Source: an uncultured virus (IMG/VR IMGVR_UViG_3300044675_006580)
Taxonomy: Duplodnaviria; Heunggongvirae; Uroviricota; Caudoviricetes
Strand: one strand, 5' to 3'
DNA length: 20,000 bases
IMG/VR virus record: IMGVR_UViG_3300044675_006580
Shown in pieces: positions 8,946 through 17,156 of the stretch; positions within the stretch are counted from its first letter, which is position 1, and each line of letters begins with the position of its first letter. Made by a program: the position numbers and the translations under genes. Under the pieces are notes generated by a model. The model ran no database searches. It was given only the letters and a program-made list of their open reading frames with translations, and had not been told where the DNA came from.

Positions 8946-11486
8946 TTAAAACATTGCGTTAGCTCTACGCTTAGGTGGTTCTGTATTGACATTGGTAAAT
9001 ACAATTGGTGAAGATTGAGAATGAAACTTCTGATACTCAAGAGCATCGAAGAAAGAGTGCATTACAGAATCTTGATCAGGAAATGACCAAGATGTAACTG
9101 TATGTTCTTTCATTTTTATCTTACCATCTGTATAGTTCATTACAACTCGGTTACCGATACCATAGTGCTGAAGTGCGCGTTCTAAGTGTGGATACACTAT
9201 GCGATTCATTACAATTTGATCAGTAACCTTACCATTGCTGGTAGGAATATTAATAGAAGCAGAATACAATGACAATATAAAGTCATGTTGATCCTGCGGA
9301 CGTTCGAATGATTCTACGTGTTCTGATATTGCAGTATACAAGTATTCCCATTCGGTACGTTTAATTCCAGTTGATGCTTGAACGGTGTCGGCAGCATTTG
9401 CATTGAAAATGTCCATACGGAATTGACGCAAAAGTGGAAGTGCATGAAAGTACAGGCGCTGTCCAAGCTTATGAACAATATCCGAAGGACGGACATTCTC
9501 TTGTGCATGCTTGCTAATACGGTGGGTATAAGCACGATAATACTCAGTACAAAGTGTATTGAGTTGAGTGATTTTACCTTCGTATGTTTCTACCTCAGGA
9601 TGCTTTGCAGCAAGTGAGCGAAAACGACTATGCCAAAAGTCACGGTCTATAGGTTTACCAGTAGCAAGTACTTCTTCAACCATAACGCTTGCCTCTGTAT
9701 CAATTGCAATACGATCGTTAGGATCTGATGTTTGAGTACAACCATCAATTGCAGATTCTAGAGAACAAAGCTGTACAGTACGGTGTTGTCCAACAACCAT
9801 AGAGTGCAGCATTGTAGCGTTAACATATCGACCGACATTGCCACCGTTCATAGCGGTGTCAATATCAGACATGACATCTTCAACAGAGTATACACTCGTT
9901 GATGGTCTAGGTTTAACTGGAGAGTTTTCACTGGGCAAGCCAGAGTAACTAACGTTTTCATTACGAATAGCAGTAGACAAACGAACGGGCCAGTTTCGAC
10001 CGTTTACAACGGGGAACGAAACTTCTTCGCCGTTTGCCTTTTCCCATGTGGGATACCATTCATCTTCAACGTAGCTAAAGATTGAATACTCGCCATAACC
10101 GTTTGGTGAACGAACGACAATGACGACTTTCTCGCCATCGTGTGGACCAGATTCCATAGTACGATAAAATAGTTTAAAGAAGTCATCTTCGTCATGACCG
10201 CCATGGCTCTCATACATTTCGAGCCAGTCAAAGTCACTGACTATATGAACACCAATGTTGTTAATACGACGAATGGTGCCTTCTTCTACTTGTATATCAT
10301 AACCAGCCATACGTGCAAGTGATTCGGGAATCACCTGCTCATAGACTGAACATGGAATAGGAATACGCTTTTGAAGTGGTTTGGCGTGAGAAACAGCAAG
10401 TGTTTCAAATAGCCAGGGAGAATCCGTTACGGATAATCCCATACTAACCCAGCGATAACCAACATAGGATATACGAGAATGTGCTTCCACATCCTCGATG
10501 TCTTGATTTTCACGTGAAAAGTTACGCATGAATACAGACTTCCAGTTAGTTAAAAGCTTTCCATCAATTGCTTGTTGGAACATCTTTTCATATTCTTCCT
10601 TAAGCCACATTTCCATGTCGGATTTACGGAACAACTTTGGAAAGTTGATAACAGTTTGATCATCTGTGATAACACGGCTCTTAGGACCTTGTGGTTCTGC
10701 GAGCAGGCGATAACCTCCATCATAAGTGATTTCGGTTTTTAGGTTTTCACGGGATGAAATAACATCAATGCCTTCAGGTAAATTATCAGAGACAATAAAA
10801 TTGCCCTTGATCATACCTTCAGGAGTAATGATACGACCATTAAATACTTTAGAATTTCCAAGGAAATTGATAAGTTGTGCTTTAATAGTTGGATCATAAT
10901 AATACTCATTAGTATCCAATGTGTTATGAGGTTCATACACGGGAAGATTCTCAATGCCAGCATGGATTAGGCGAGATGAAACAACAAAGCCACCGTCTAG
11001 TAGACGGGGAATTGCTTCAACTACCCAATCAGCCCAGCCTGAGTTAAAATCATAACGAGTGTACTCGGTAGATTCAACCCATTTGATATTCAATGTGTCG
11101 AAGTGAGCGTTGATAAGAGTTGCACGGTGAAATGATTTCAACCGCTTAGCTGTCTTACCGCCACCTTTAACATTAAAACCCATGGTATTAAGTGTTGACA
11201 TCCATCCTTCTTGTTCATCGATGATGCAAGCTACAATTTTGTTCTTGTCTACAAGAGCATATTGTACAGATGGATGAGAGATTAGACGTTCAACTTCTGC
11301 ACGTTCAAATGCATTAGTTGGAATTGGCAATGCTGCAATGCGATATTCTGGTGAACCAGAAAACTCAAGTGCATGACGCATGACGCCAATATCGTAGAAT
11401 CCGAATTGGTAATTGTTATTAGAACGCAATGGGCCATTAGCCATTGCTTTCAAGCGAACGTTTGGTTTGTTTTGATTGTTAGTCAT
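8946..11486 (-). CDS. Large protein, putative single-subunit two-barrel RNA polymerase (YonO/RdRP-like)
   Basis: LLDGGFVVS (D~164), GR...IKGNFIV (K~227), GGHDEDD (~429-435), VVRSP (R~459), NVGRYVN (~552), ESAIDG (D~581). Strong AAAGGAGA RBS. Confidence 0.65.
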   Translation of the reverse strand: MTNNQNKPNVRLKAMANGPLRSNNNYQFGFYDIGVMRHALEFSGSPEYRIAALPIPTNAFERAEVERLISHPSVQYALVDKNKIVACIIDEQEGWMSTLNTMGFNVKGGGKTAKRLKSFHRATLINAHFDTLNIKWVESTEYTRYDFNSGWADWVVEAIPRLLDGGFVVSSRLIHAGIENLPVYEPHNTLDTNEYYYDPTIKAQLINFLGNSKVFNGRIITPEGMIKGNFIVSDNLPEGIDVISSRENLKTEITYDGGYRLLAEPQGPKSRVITDDQTVINFPKLFRKSDMEMWLKEEYEKMFQQAIDGKLLTNWKSVFMRNFSRENQDIEDVEAHSRISYVGYRWVSMGLSVTDSPWLFETLAVSHAKPLQKRIPIPCSVYEQVIPESLARMAGYDIQVEEGTIRRINNIGVHIVSDFDWLEMYESHGGHDEDDFFKLFYRTMESGPHDGEKVVIVVRSPNGYGEYSIFSYVEDEWYPTWEKANGEEVSFPVVNGRNWPVRLSTAIRNENVSYSGLPSENSPVKPRPSTSVYSVEDVMSDIDTAMNGGNVGRYVNATMLHSMVVGQHRTVQLCSLESAIDGCTQTSDPNDRIAIDTEASVMVEEVLATGKPIDRDFWHSRFRSLAAKHPEVETYEGKITQLNTLCTEYYRAYTHRISKHAQENVRPSDIVHKLGQRLYFHALPLLRQFRMDIFNANAADTVQASTGIKRTEWEYLYTAISEHVESFERPQDQHDFILSLYSASINIPTSNGKVTDQIVMNRIVYPHLERALQHYGIGNRVVMNYTDGKIKMKEHTVTSWSFPDQDSVMHSFFDALEYQKFHSQSSPIVFTNVNTEPPKRRANAMF

Positions 11487-11567
11487 ATTTTCTCCTTTGT
11501 ACTAGTTAAACTAGTCCCTTCTTTTTTATTTACAATTTAGTTACATTCAGTTGTATGGAATGTAGTG

Positions 11568-12159
11568 TGTTTCATTTTTAAGCTATGATACTATCTGGAT
11601 AGATGATTCATTCTTGATTGATGATATTAATTTGCATTGTTGATTCATTCATGAAATCTGTTATAAGTCGGTTATTTTGATTCATTTGACTCTTTTGATA
11701 CTGGTTCAGCATGATGATTCATTCGTTTTTGTTGCTACATATTTCGCTGGTATGATTCATTTTAATAATATGTTACTAATCCAACCTAATGATTCATTTG
11801 GTTTTTTTGATACAAATCGACGCCTCTGATTCATTCATTTCTACTGTTACTAATTAAAGATAGTGATTCATTTTCTTCCTATGGTATTAGTTAGGCGCTT
11901 TGATTCATTTGCGAACAATGTTACAATTCGTTTTGATTGATTCATTTTGTTTAATTGATACTAGTTGCAAAGCTTGATTCATTCGCTTAAGATGGTGTTA
12001 CTTATCGTTTCTGATTCATTTGCTGATTCTGTTACTTGTCCGATTTTTTGATTCATTCACGATTTCTGTGTTAAGTTTGCTCTATTGATTCATTCCATTG
12101 AATTGTTACTAGTCGAGGCTGTTGATTCATTCATTAAGTCTGTTACATTGTTGGATGGT
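11568..12159 (-). ncRNA. Dual-repeat interspaced array, TIGR-like (16 units of about 37 nt)
   Basis: + strand TGATTCATT at 11604, 11641, 11678, 11715, 11753, 11790, 11827, 11864, 11901, 11938, 11975, 12012, 12049, 12086 and 12123, with a degenerate copy at 11568. A second repeat (consensus TGWTACWART) starts exactly 18 nt after each copy, and each unit has two unique ~9-nt spacers. Strand inferred from the flanking genes. Confidence 0.88.
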
Positions 12160-12421
12160 TAGAATTCTCAAAAGAAAATCCAAGTGATTTAAGTTTATTA
12201 TTTCTTCGGATGACAGCTCTTGCACGAATTGATAGACCGCCCCATACACCATGGTTAATGTTATTTTCAATAGCATATAAAGCACATGGTGTTTTTACGG
12301 GGCAGTCTTGACAAAATGCAATAGCCTTATTTGTTCCTGATACATGATCAGAGAAGAAGAAATTAGTATCTTTAATTGATTTACATTTAGCAAATTCAAT
12401 AAATGATTCTGATATAGGCAT
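12143..12421 (-). CDS. whiB: WhiB-family Fe-S transcription regulator
   Basis: Four Cys (C...C-x2-C-x5-C), FF motif and GVWGG turn. Confidence 0.93.
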   Translation of the reverse strand: MPISESFIEFAKCKSIKDTNFFFSDHVSGTNKAIAFCQDCPVKTPCALYAIENNINHGVWGGLSIRARAVIRRNNKLKSLGFSFENSNHPTM

Positions 12422-12435
12422 TAGTATTCCTTATT

Positions 12436-12792
12436 TTAATAGCGAGTAAAGTTCATAGATACAGAGCCAAAGAAAGCAATAGCAGCAGATGCTACTATGT
12501 AATGATCTACTTTAAGTTGAAAGCCGTTAAAGAAAATAGTTAAAGTATTCTTATTATTCTGATAGTCATAAATAGGGACGAGTGTAAGTGGCTGTAACTC
12601 ATCAGTATGAGTTTCGGAAACCTTAAGTTTAAGATTAAGATCTTGAATAGGATCAGGTAGTACATGATCGAGTTCAAGCAGAAACGGATTAGCATTACAA
12701 AGATCAGTTAAAAATGTTTTTACATATTCATTTAAACTTTCATTCCAATGCTCAGGTGCATCTTGTAATTGTGGTTGGGTTGTGTTATTCAT
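12436..12792 (-). CDS. Hypothetical protein
   Basis: 118-aa ORF with TAAGGAATAACA before the ATG. Confidence 0.7.
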   Translation of the reverse strand: MNNTTQPQLQDAPEHWNESLNEYVKTFLTDLCNANPFLLELDHVLPDPIQDLNLKLKVSETHTDELQPLTLVPIYDYQNNKNTLTIFFNGFQLKVDHYIVASAAIAFFGSVSMNFTRY

Positions 12793-12794
12793 TG

Positions 12795-13382
12795 TTATTC
12801 CTTATTAGTTAATAGGTTGGTTTGGTTTAAAAAGCTTTGAAATTTAGAACGACCCTTGTTAGAGACTCGCCATAAATTGAAAGCCCAACGGTCTGGGTCT
12901 ACATCTTCTGTCCAATGTAAATTCTTACAATTGAATTCGAAGACTTCGCCACCAGTCATCTGAATTTTGGTAACTTCAGGTGGATTGATTTGTTGGTCTT
13001 CAGGGACCCAATTGTACATTGGGTAAGCCCTAGAGTAGCACCAGGTAACGTTGCCTAGATTGATTCCGACGGATCGGAAATCAGCATAAGATGCATCTCG
13101 ATGTGGTTTAATGGTTCCGCCCTTGGAAACAAGTCCAAGGTCTGGTTCCCAATTAAAGGTAGAACATAGTCCTGTTATGTAGTCCCAAATCCTATCATCT
13201 TGGAAACCAAGCTTGTAGTCTTGTACTTCGCTCAAAGGAGCTTCGTATGGGAACCATGAACGACGTCGAGATGGAGCATAGTTAGAAACGTCTGTGCCAA
13301 GGTTAGGTTCAATATTCTCTTCAAGATATTGAACAATGTTGGCTACGTTTTCAGGGCTAAGAGTTTTAATTATATTAAGCAT
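12795..13382 (-). CDS. 2OG-Fe(II) dioxygenase-like protein (AlkB-like fold)
   Basis: HxD (PHRDAS), distal His (NLHW) and C-terminal R-x-x-x-N-x-x-R (DRWAFNLWR). Confidence 0.7.
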   Translation of the reverse strand: MLNIIKTLSPENVANIVQYLEENIEPNLGTDVSNYAPSRRRSWFPYEAPLSEVQDYKLGFQDDRIWDYITGLCSTFNWEPDLGLVSKGGTIKPHRDASYADFRSVGINLGNVTWCYSRAYPMYNWVPEDQQINPPEVTKIQMTGGEVFEFNCKNLHWTEDVDPDRWAFNLWRVSNKGRSKFQSFLNQTNLLTNKE

Positions 13383-13400
13383 TGTTATTCCTTAATGATT

Positions 13401-13428
13401 GCTTATGGTGGGGGCTTGCGCCCCCCAC
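13401..13428 (-). repeat. Duplicated GC-rich GCAA-tetraloop hairpin, copy 1
   Basis: + strand GCTTATGGTGGGGGCTTGCGCCCCCCAC; near-identical to 14137-14163. Confidence 0.8.
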
Positions 13429-13432
13429 ATTT

Positions 13433-14050
13433 TTATTGTTTTGGACGATGACCAGTAGCTGTTGGGTTCTGGAGAACAAACGCAATCCAATAATATTCTA
13501 GAATTGCAGCAACAGCATAGAAATGATCTGGGTCAGATGAATTTCTAGGATCAACGGCCATGTAATCTAAGATTTCAGACCAAGATAAATCTGTTTTGCC
13601 GTAGTCTTCTAAAAGTGATTGAAACATTCCAAAATCATCTTCAGAAATATGAATATTGTCAGAACCAATAACTTCATTAATACGAGAAACCTGCTGTTTA
13701 ACCATATGGCCAACAACATGAACTGTATTTTTGTGCAATTGGATGCTGTCTACAGGTTCTGAAATATCATAACCTTTAGCATTAGCCAGCTTCTCACATT
13801 TTAAACATGGACATGGATTAAATCCATAGCCAATTTCTGTGTGCTCTGAATGACAATAGCATGCATAGACAGGTCTAGTAGTATTGAACATGGAAACAAT
13901 GTCAGCTGCTAAGCCATCATTAACACCGCCTTGAACAAGCGATGAGTAAATGCCGACTTCGGCTTCAATATCCCATTCAGGATTTGAAACAACTTTGTAA
14001 GACTCTGTTTCAGGATCCCATACAACTTTTTTGTCATTAGGTTGATTCAT
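13433..14050 (-). CDS. Hypothetical protein with a Cys/His cluster
   Basis: 205-aa ORF with CYCH...CPCLKC and an AAAGGAG RBS. Confidence 0.75.
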   Translation of the reverse strand: MNQPNDKKVVWDPETESYKVVSNPEWDIEAEVGIYSSLVQGGVNDGLAADIVSMFNTTRPVYACYCHSEHTEIGYGFNPCPCLKCEKLANAKGYDISEPVDSIQLHKNTVHVVGHMVKQQVSRINEVIGSDNIHISEDDFGMFQSLLEDYGKTDLSWSEILDYMAVDPRNSSDPDHFYAVAAILEYYWIAFVLQNPTATGHRPKQ

Positions 14051-14136
14051 TATAAGTAACTCCTTTCAAAAGTTAAACTGTTTGTTACAAGTCTCTCCAG
14101 AACAGGAGATAATTCATTGATACACTCGTAAGGTTA

Positions 14137-14163
14137 GCTTATGGTGGGGGCTTGCGCCCCCAC
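14137..14163 (-). repeat. Duplicated GC-rich GCAA-tetraloop hairpin, copy 2
   Basis: + strand GCTTATGGTGGGGGCTTGCGCCCCCAC directly after the stop of the Tas-like gene. Confidence 0.8.
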
Positions 14164-14167
14164 ACGA

Positions 14168-15022
14168 TTAAGCAAATGGATCTCCTGGGATAGCAATCTC
14201 GTGAACATGATCGCCATGGGCAATAATATATGGACGAGGTGCTGGTTCACCATAGTGAGCCTGAAATGCTACTGCGTGATAGTGAGACAAGAAAATTTTG
14301 ACTGCAAATCTACGAGCTTGTGCATCGATCTGTGCGTCTGATAATATACCAGTCTCAAGGGTAGCACGTGTCTGATTAGCTTTAAAGTTTTTAGTGTCAA
14401 GAATCTCTTTAGCAAAGTCGGCATAATCGCCGGCTTCGTTCTTAGAAACTCTACGATCTTTATCTTGTTTGTATAGATGGCCGTAGAAGCATTCATCTCG
14501 TTTATGAAACTTCATGAAACTTTGGCCAATCTTCCAAGAAAGAGTCTTTAACTCTGCGTTGAAAGGACGCTTCTGACCCTTTTCCCATTTCTGGGTAGGA
14601 TCAAGACCTGCATATCGCCAAACGCTACCTGCAGTAGGAGCTTTTGTTATGTCAATATGTGCACACAATCCAGCTGCAAGAACGGGACCAATGCCATACT
14701 GGCTAAGAGCCCATTGACCTGCAACTGTTGACTGAGCAAAGGCTTCAAGTGGGAACTTAAGTGACTTTTCCATAAGCTGAAGATTATAGGACAGAAACTC
14801 TACAAGTTCTGATGGTGAATCTTGAGTCTTAAGCTCTCGAGCTTGTGCAGAAAATGCCATGCGATTTTCTTGAATTGTGTAGTACGCATCGACTAGCTTA
14901 CGAGTGGAGTTTTGATCCATCTCTGCAGCAAGTGAACGTACATCTCGGTTAAACCGAGTATACAATGGAAAGTCAAAGGTGTCGGGAGTAATGATATTGG
15001 TTTGTAGTTGTGGTTGATTCAT
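14168..15022 (-). CDS. IS110/IS116 C-terminal (Nop-like) RNA-binding protein without a nuclease domain; TasA-like
   Basis: Predicted coiled coil (LVDAYYTIQENR...), then GIGPVLAAGL.AHID and SVWRYAGLDP as in Transposase_20/Nop-like domains, and ARRFAVKIFL. No N-terminal DEDD RuvC, no HNH and no catalytic SG after the AGL.P motif. Confidence 0.8.
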   Translation of the reverse strand: MNQPQLQTNIITPDTFDFPLYTRFNRDVRSLAAEMDQNSTRKLVDAYYTIQENRMAFSAQARELKTQDSPSELVEFLSYNLQLMEKSLKFPLEAFAQSTVAGQWALSQYGIGPVLAAGLCAHIDITKAPTAGSVWRYAGLDPTQKWEKGQKRPFNAELKTLSWKIGQSFMKFHKRDECFYGHLYKQDKDRRVSKNEAGDYADFAKEILDTKNFKANQTRATLETGILSDAQIDAQARRFAVKIFLSHYHAVAFQAHYGEPAPRPYIIAHGDHVHEIAIPGDPFA

Positions 15023-15063
15023 TTTATATTCCTTATGTTATATGAATAGTTTTGGTACGGGTT

Positions 15064-15525
15064 TTAAGGTGTTGTTGTTGGGGTTCTTGAAGTAGCTTCT
15101 TTAAAAGCAGTACTTATTTTTGCTGGGAGCCAGAATGGAAATGTAATAACCTTTCCAATAAAGTAAAATAGTTTACAAAGATCTACGAATAGCTTCTTAG
15201 TTCTTTCTATTTGACTAGATATATTGTTCCTGTACTGGTCAAGAACAGGTGCTCCGCCTTTGATTGCTTGTGGACTATCATAATTCCAATGCAAAAATGC
15301 ATAGCCTGGAATTGACAATACAGTTGAAATCATGGCTGCACCAAGTGCAATGATACCAGCAGCACCGAACGCAAGACCCAATACAAATGACAAGATAATT
15401 GAAATTACCATGTTAACCCATTTGAGTTTGTGTGCATTCTTACGCCATGCTGGGATTTTAGCTGCGAACATCATCTCGACAATTGTCGAAGCGATAGCAA
15501 GCATTATCATCATAGTTAATAACAT
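15064..15525 (-). CDS. Membrane protein
   Basis: Several hydrophobic helices; GAAGGAGA RBS. Confidence 0.75.
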   Translation of the reverse strand: MLLTMMIMLAIASTIVEMMFAAKIPAWRKNAHKLKWVNMVISIILSFVLGLAFGAAGIIALGAAMISTVLSIPGYAFLHWNYDSPQAIKGGAPVLDQYRNNISSQIERTKKLFVDLCKLFYFIGKVITFPFWLPAKISTAFKEATSRTPTTTP

Positions 15526-15618
15526 TTGTGTTTCTCCTTCTATTGAAACTGGGAATTCTTATTTTTTGTAAGATCCAATTGCCCTTCTTTTTTGTATGAA
15601 TAAAAAAAGATGATTATA

Positions 15619-15653
15619 ATACTAAAGGGCCGGACTCTTGCGAGCCCGACCCT
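15619..15653 (-). terminator. Hairpin terminator-like element
   Basis: Minus strand AGGGTCGGGCTC-GCAA-GAGTCCGGCCCT followed by TTAGTAT. Confidence 0.65.
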
Positions 15654-15698
15654 AAGGTACCGTGATTTTAGTTTTGATTTCTTAAAGTGTATTGACTA

Positions 15699-16076
15699 TT
15701 AGTTAGTCAACATTACCCAGAGATCAATCATTTTGGTCTTATCATTGAACTGCGATGCAGATGCAATGCGAAGATTGTCTTTTGCAGCGCGTGACGACAG
15801 AGAAGCTCTGAGTGACGCTAACTGCTTTTGGTTTGTTACTGGAATGTTCACGTGTGCCCATTCATTTCTGTTTGTAAGCAAGTTGCTGTACAGCTCAGAG
15901 ATGACTGGATTGCGACGTCGGCCCTTACCAGAGTTAACTGGTGGTTCACCTTTGATGAACGTCAGTAACTTGGTAGGCTCGGCAATAGCAAATTTACGTG
16001 GATTCCGATCGATTTGAGTCTCGATGCTCTCGATAATAGCCATGGTGTGCTCCTTATATGAATTGACAATTGTCAA
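15699..16076 (-). CDS. Hypothetical basic protein (probable start at the MAIIES ATG, 16043)
   Basis: TAAGGAG lies before ATG 16043; GKGRRRN basic patch. Confidence 0.7.
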   Translation of the reverse strand: MTIVNSYKEHTMAIIESIETQIDRNPRKFAIAEPTKLLTFIKGEPPVNSGKGRRRNPVISELYSNLLTNRNEWAHVNIPVTNQKQLASLRASLSSRAAKDNLRIASASQFNDKTKMIDLWVMLTN

Positions 16077-16089
16077 TGTTTTTTATGAA

Positions 16090-16965
16090 CTATACTTTTG
16101 CTTTAATATTCCAGTTTAATAATCTTCCACTAGAAAAGTGTAAGATCCAACTGGCAAATAAAGCGTTAACTGATGGAGTCATTAAGTCGTCAGGACCATA
16201 ACCAAATTGTTCTCTTAATGTTTTAAACCATGAAGAGTTGATTTGGAGTAGACCTGAGTCATATGACCCATTAGAGTTTAGTGTCCATACAAGTTGGCCA
16301 TTTTCCCATTTAGCATTGACGGCTCCAGGATTACATCTGGATTCACGCCAAGCAATATAGGAAAAGACTTTGTGTGGAAGAGCATACTTCTTAAAGGTTT
16401 GTTCATATTGAGGACAATAGAACTGATTACCTACAGGAAGTTTAACTCTTAGTATAGTATCTTTTTTAGCTTTTAGATAGGTGTTGTTTTTGATGCAACC
16501 CCATCCATTGAATCCTACTGCTGGACGATAGAAAGGCTTATTAGCTAGTTTATCATCTAGAGTTAGGAATTCTTTTGTTTGGTAACCGAGTACAGCTATT
16601 CTGTTAGCTACAACAATTTGTTCTAGCACAGTTGCTTTGGAAGGATGAGAAGCAAATTCTTTGCCTCCATAACCTTCCCAGGTAGATCTGGCTATGCCAA
16701 GTCCACCTCCCCAGTTACCACCATCTTGCCAGTCTTGGGCAGTCTCACATTGTGCTACTTTAGTCCAATACTTTATGGAAGGTCCCATTTTGAATGTGAC
16801 TGTTTTCCATTTAGTAGGAATAGTAGGTAAGGTGGTACTTCGGGGCTCGGCTGATTGTTCCGAGACACCTCCAAGATCTGTATCAGATGCTTGTACTGTT
16901 GTTGCTGGAATTACGCCAGCTATTACCACAATAAGTGACAATATTATATTTCGTATTTTGCGCAT
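16090..16965 (-). CDS. Secreted two-domain lytic transglycosylase: Rpf-like domain plus SLT/lysozyme-like domain
   Basis: Signal peptide; WTKVAQCET...GGLGI..STW..YGG...A...EQI.VA (Rpf core); IAWRESRCNP.A...DSGLLQIN (SLT). GAAAGGAG RBS. Confidence 0.85.
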   Translation of the reverse strand: MRKIRNIILSLIVVIAGVIPATTVQASDTDLGGVSEQSAEPRSTTLPTIPTKWKTVTFKMGPSIKYWTKVAQCETAQDWQDGGNWGGGLGIARSTWEGYGGKEFASHPSKATVLEQIVVANRIAVLGYQTKEFLTLDDKLANKPFYRPAVGFNGWGCIKNNTYLKAKKDTILRVKLPVGNQFYCPQYEQTFKKYALPHKVFSYIAWRESRCNPGAVNAKWENGQLVWTLNSNGSYDSGLLQINSSWFKTLREQFGYGPDDLMTPSVNALFASWILHFSSGRLLNWNIKAKV

Positions 16966-17156
16966 GGTATCGCTCCTTTCGTGTGGGTTTGCGATATCAG
17001 GAATACTGATAACGCATTAGCAAACGCGCAGGTTGCGAAACCGAAGATGCACGGACACAACGAATTGTCCGTAGCAGTGGCAGGATTGCCTCTCCGACTT
17101 CGTAGATATAACTATCTATTTGGGTTGGGGATGTTACCCCTGCCCGTTGCAAACGG

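Noticed and set aside
11568..12159. Array as CRISPR, a coding repeat or replication iterons
   Set aside because: The repeats are only 9-10 nt and of two alternating types with 9-nt spacers, and no cas genes are present. The 37-nt period breaks reading frame and no long ORF covers it. Iterons would not be expected to have two fixed-length unique segments per unit, though protein-binding sites are not fully excluded.
14168..15022. Active IS110 insertion sequence
   Set aside because: It lacks the N-terminal DEDD RuvC domain and catalytic serine motif. It has a phage-type RBS and sits in an operon with no visible IS ends.
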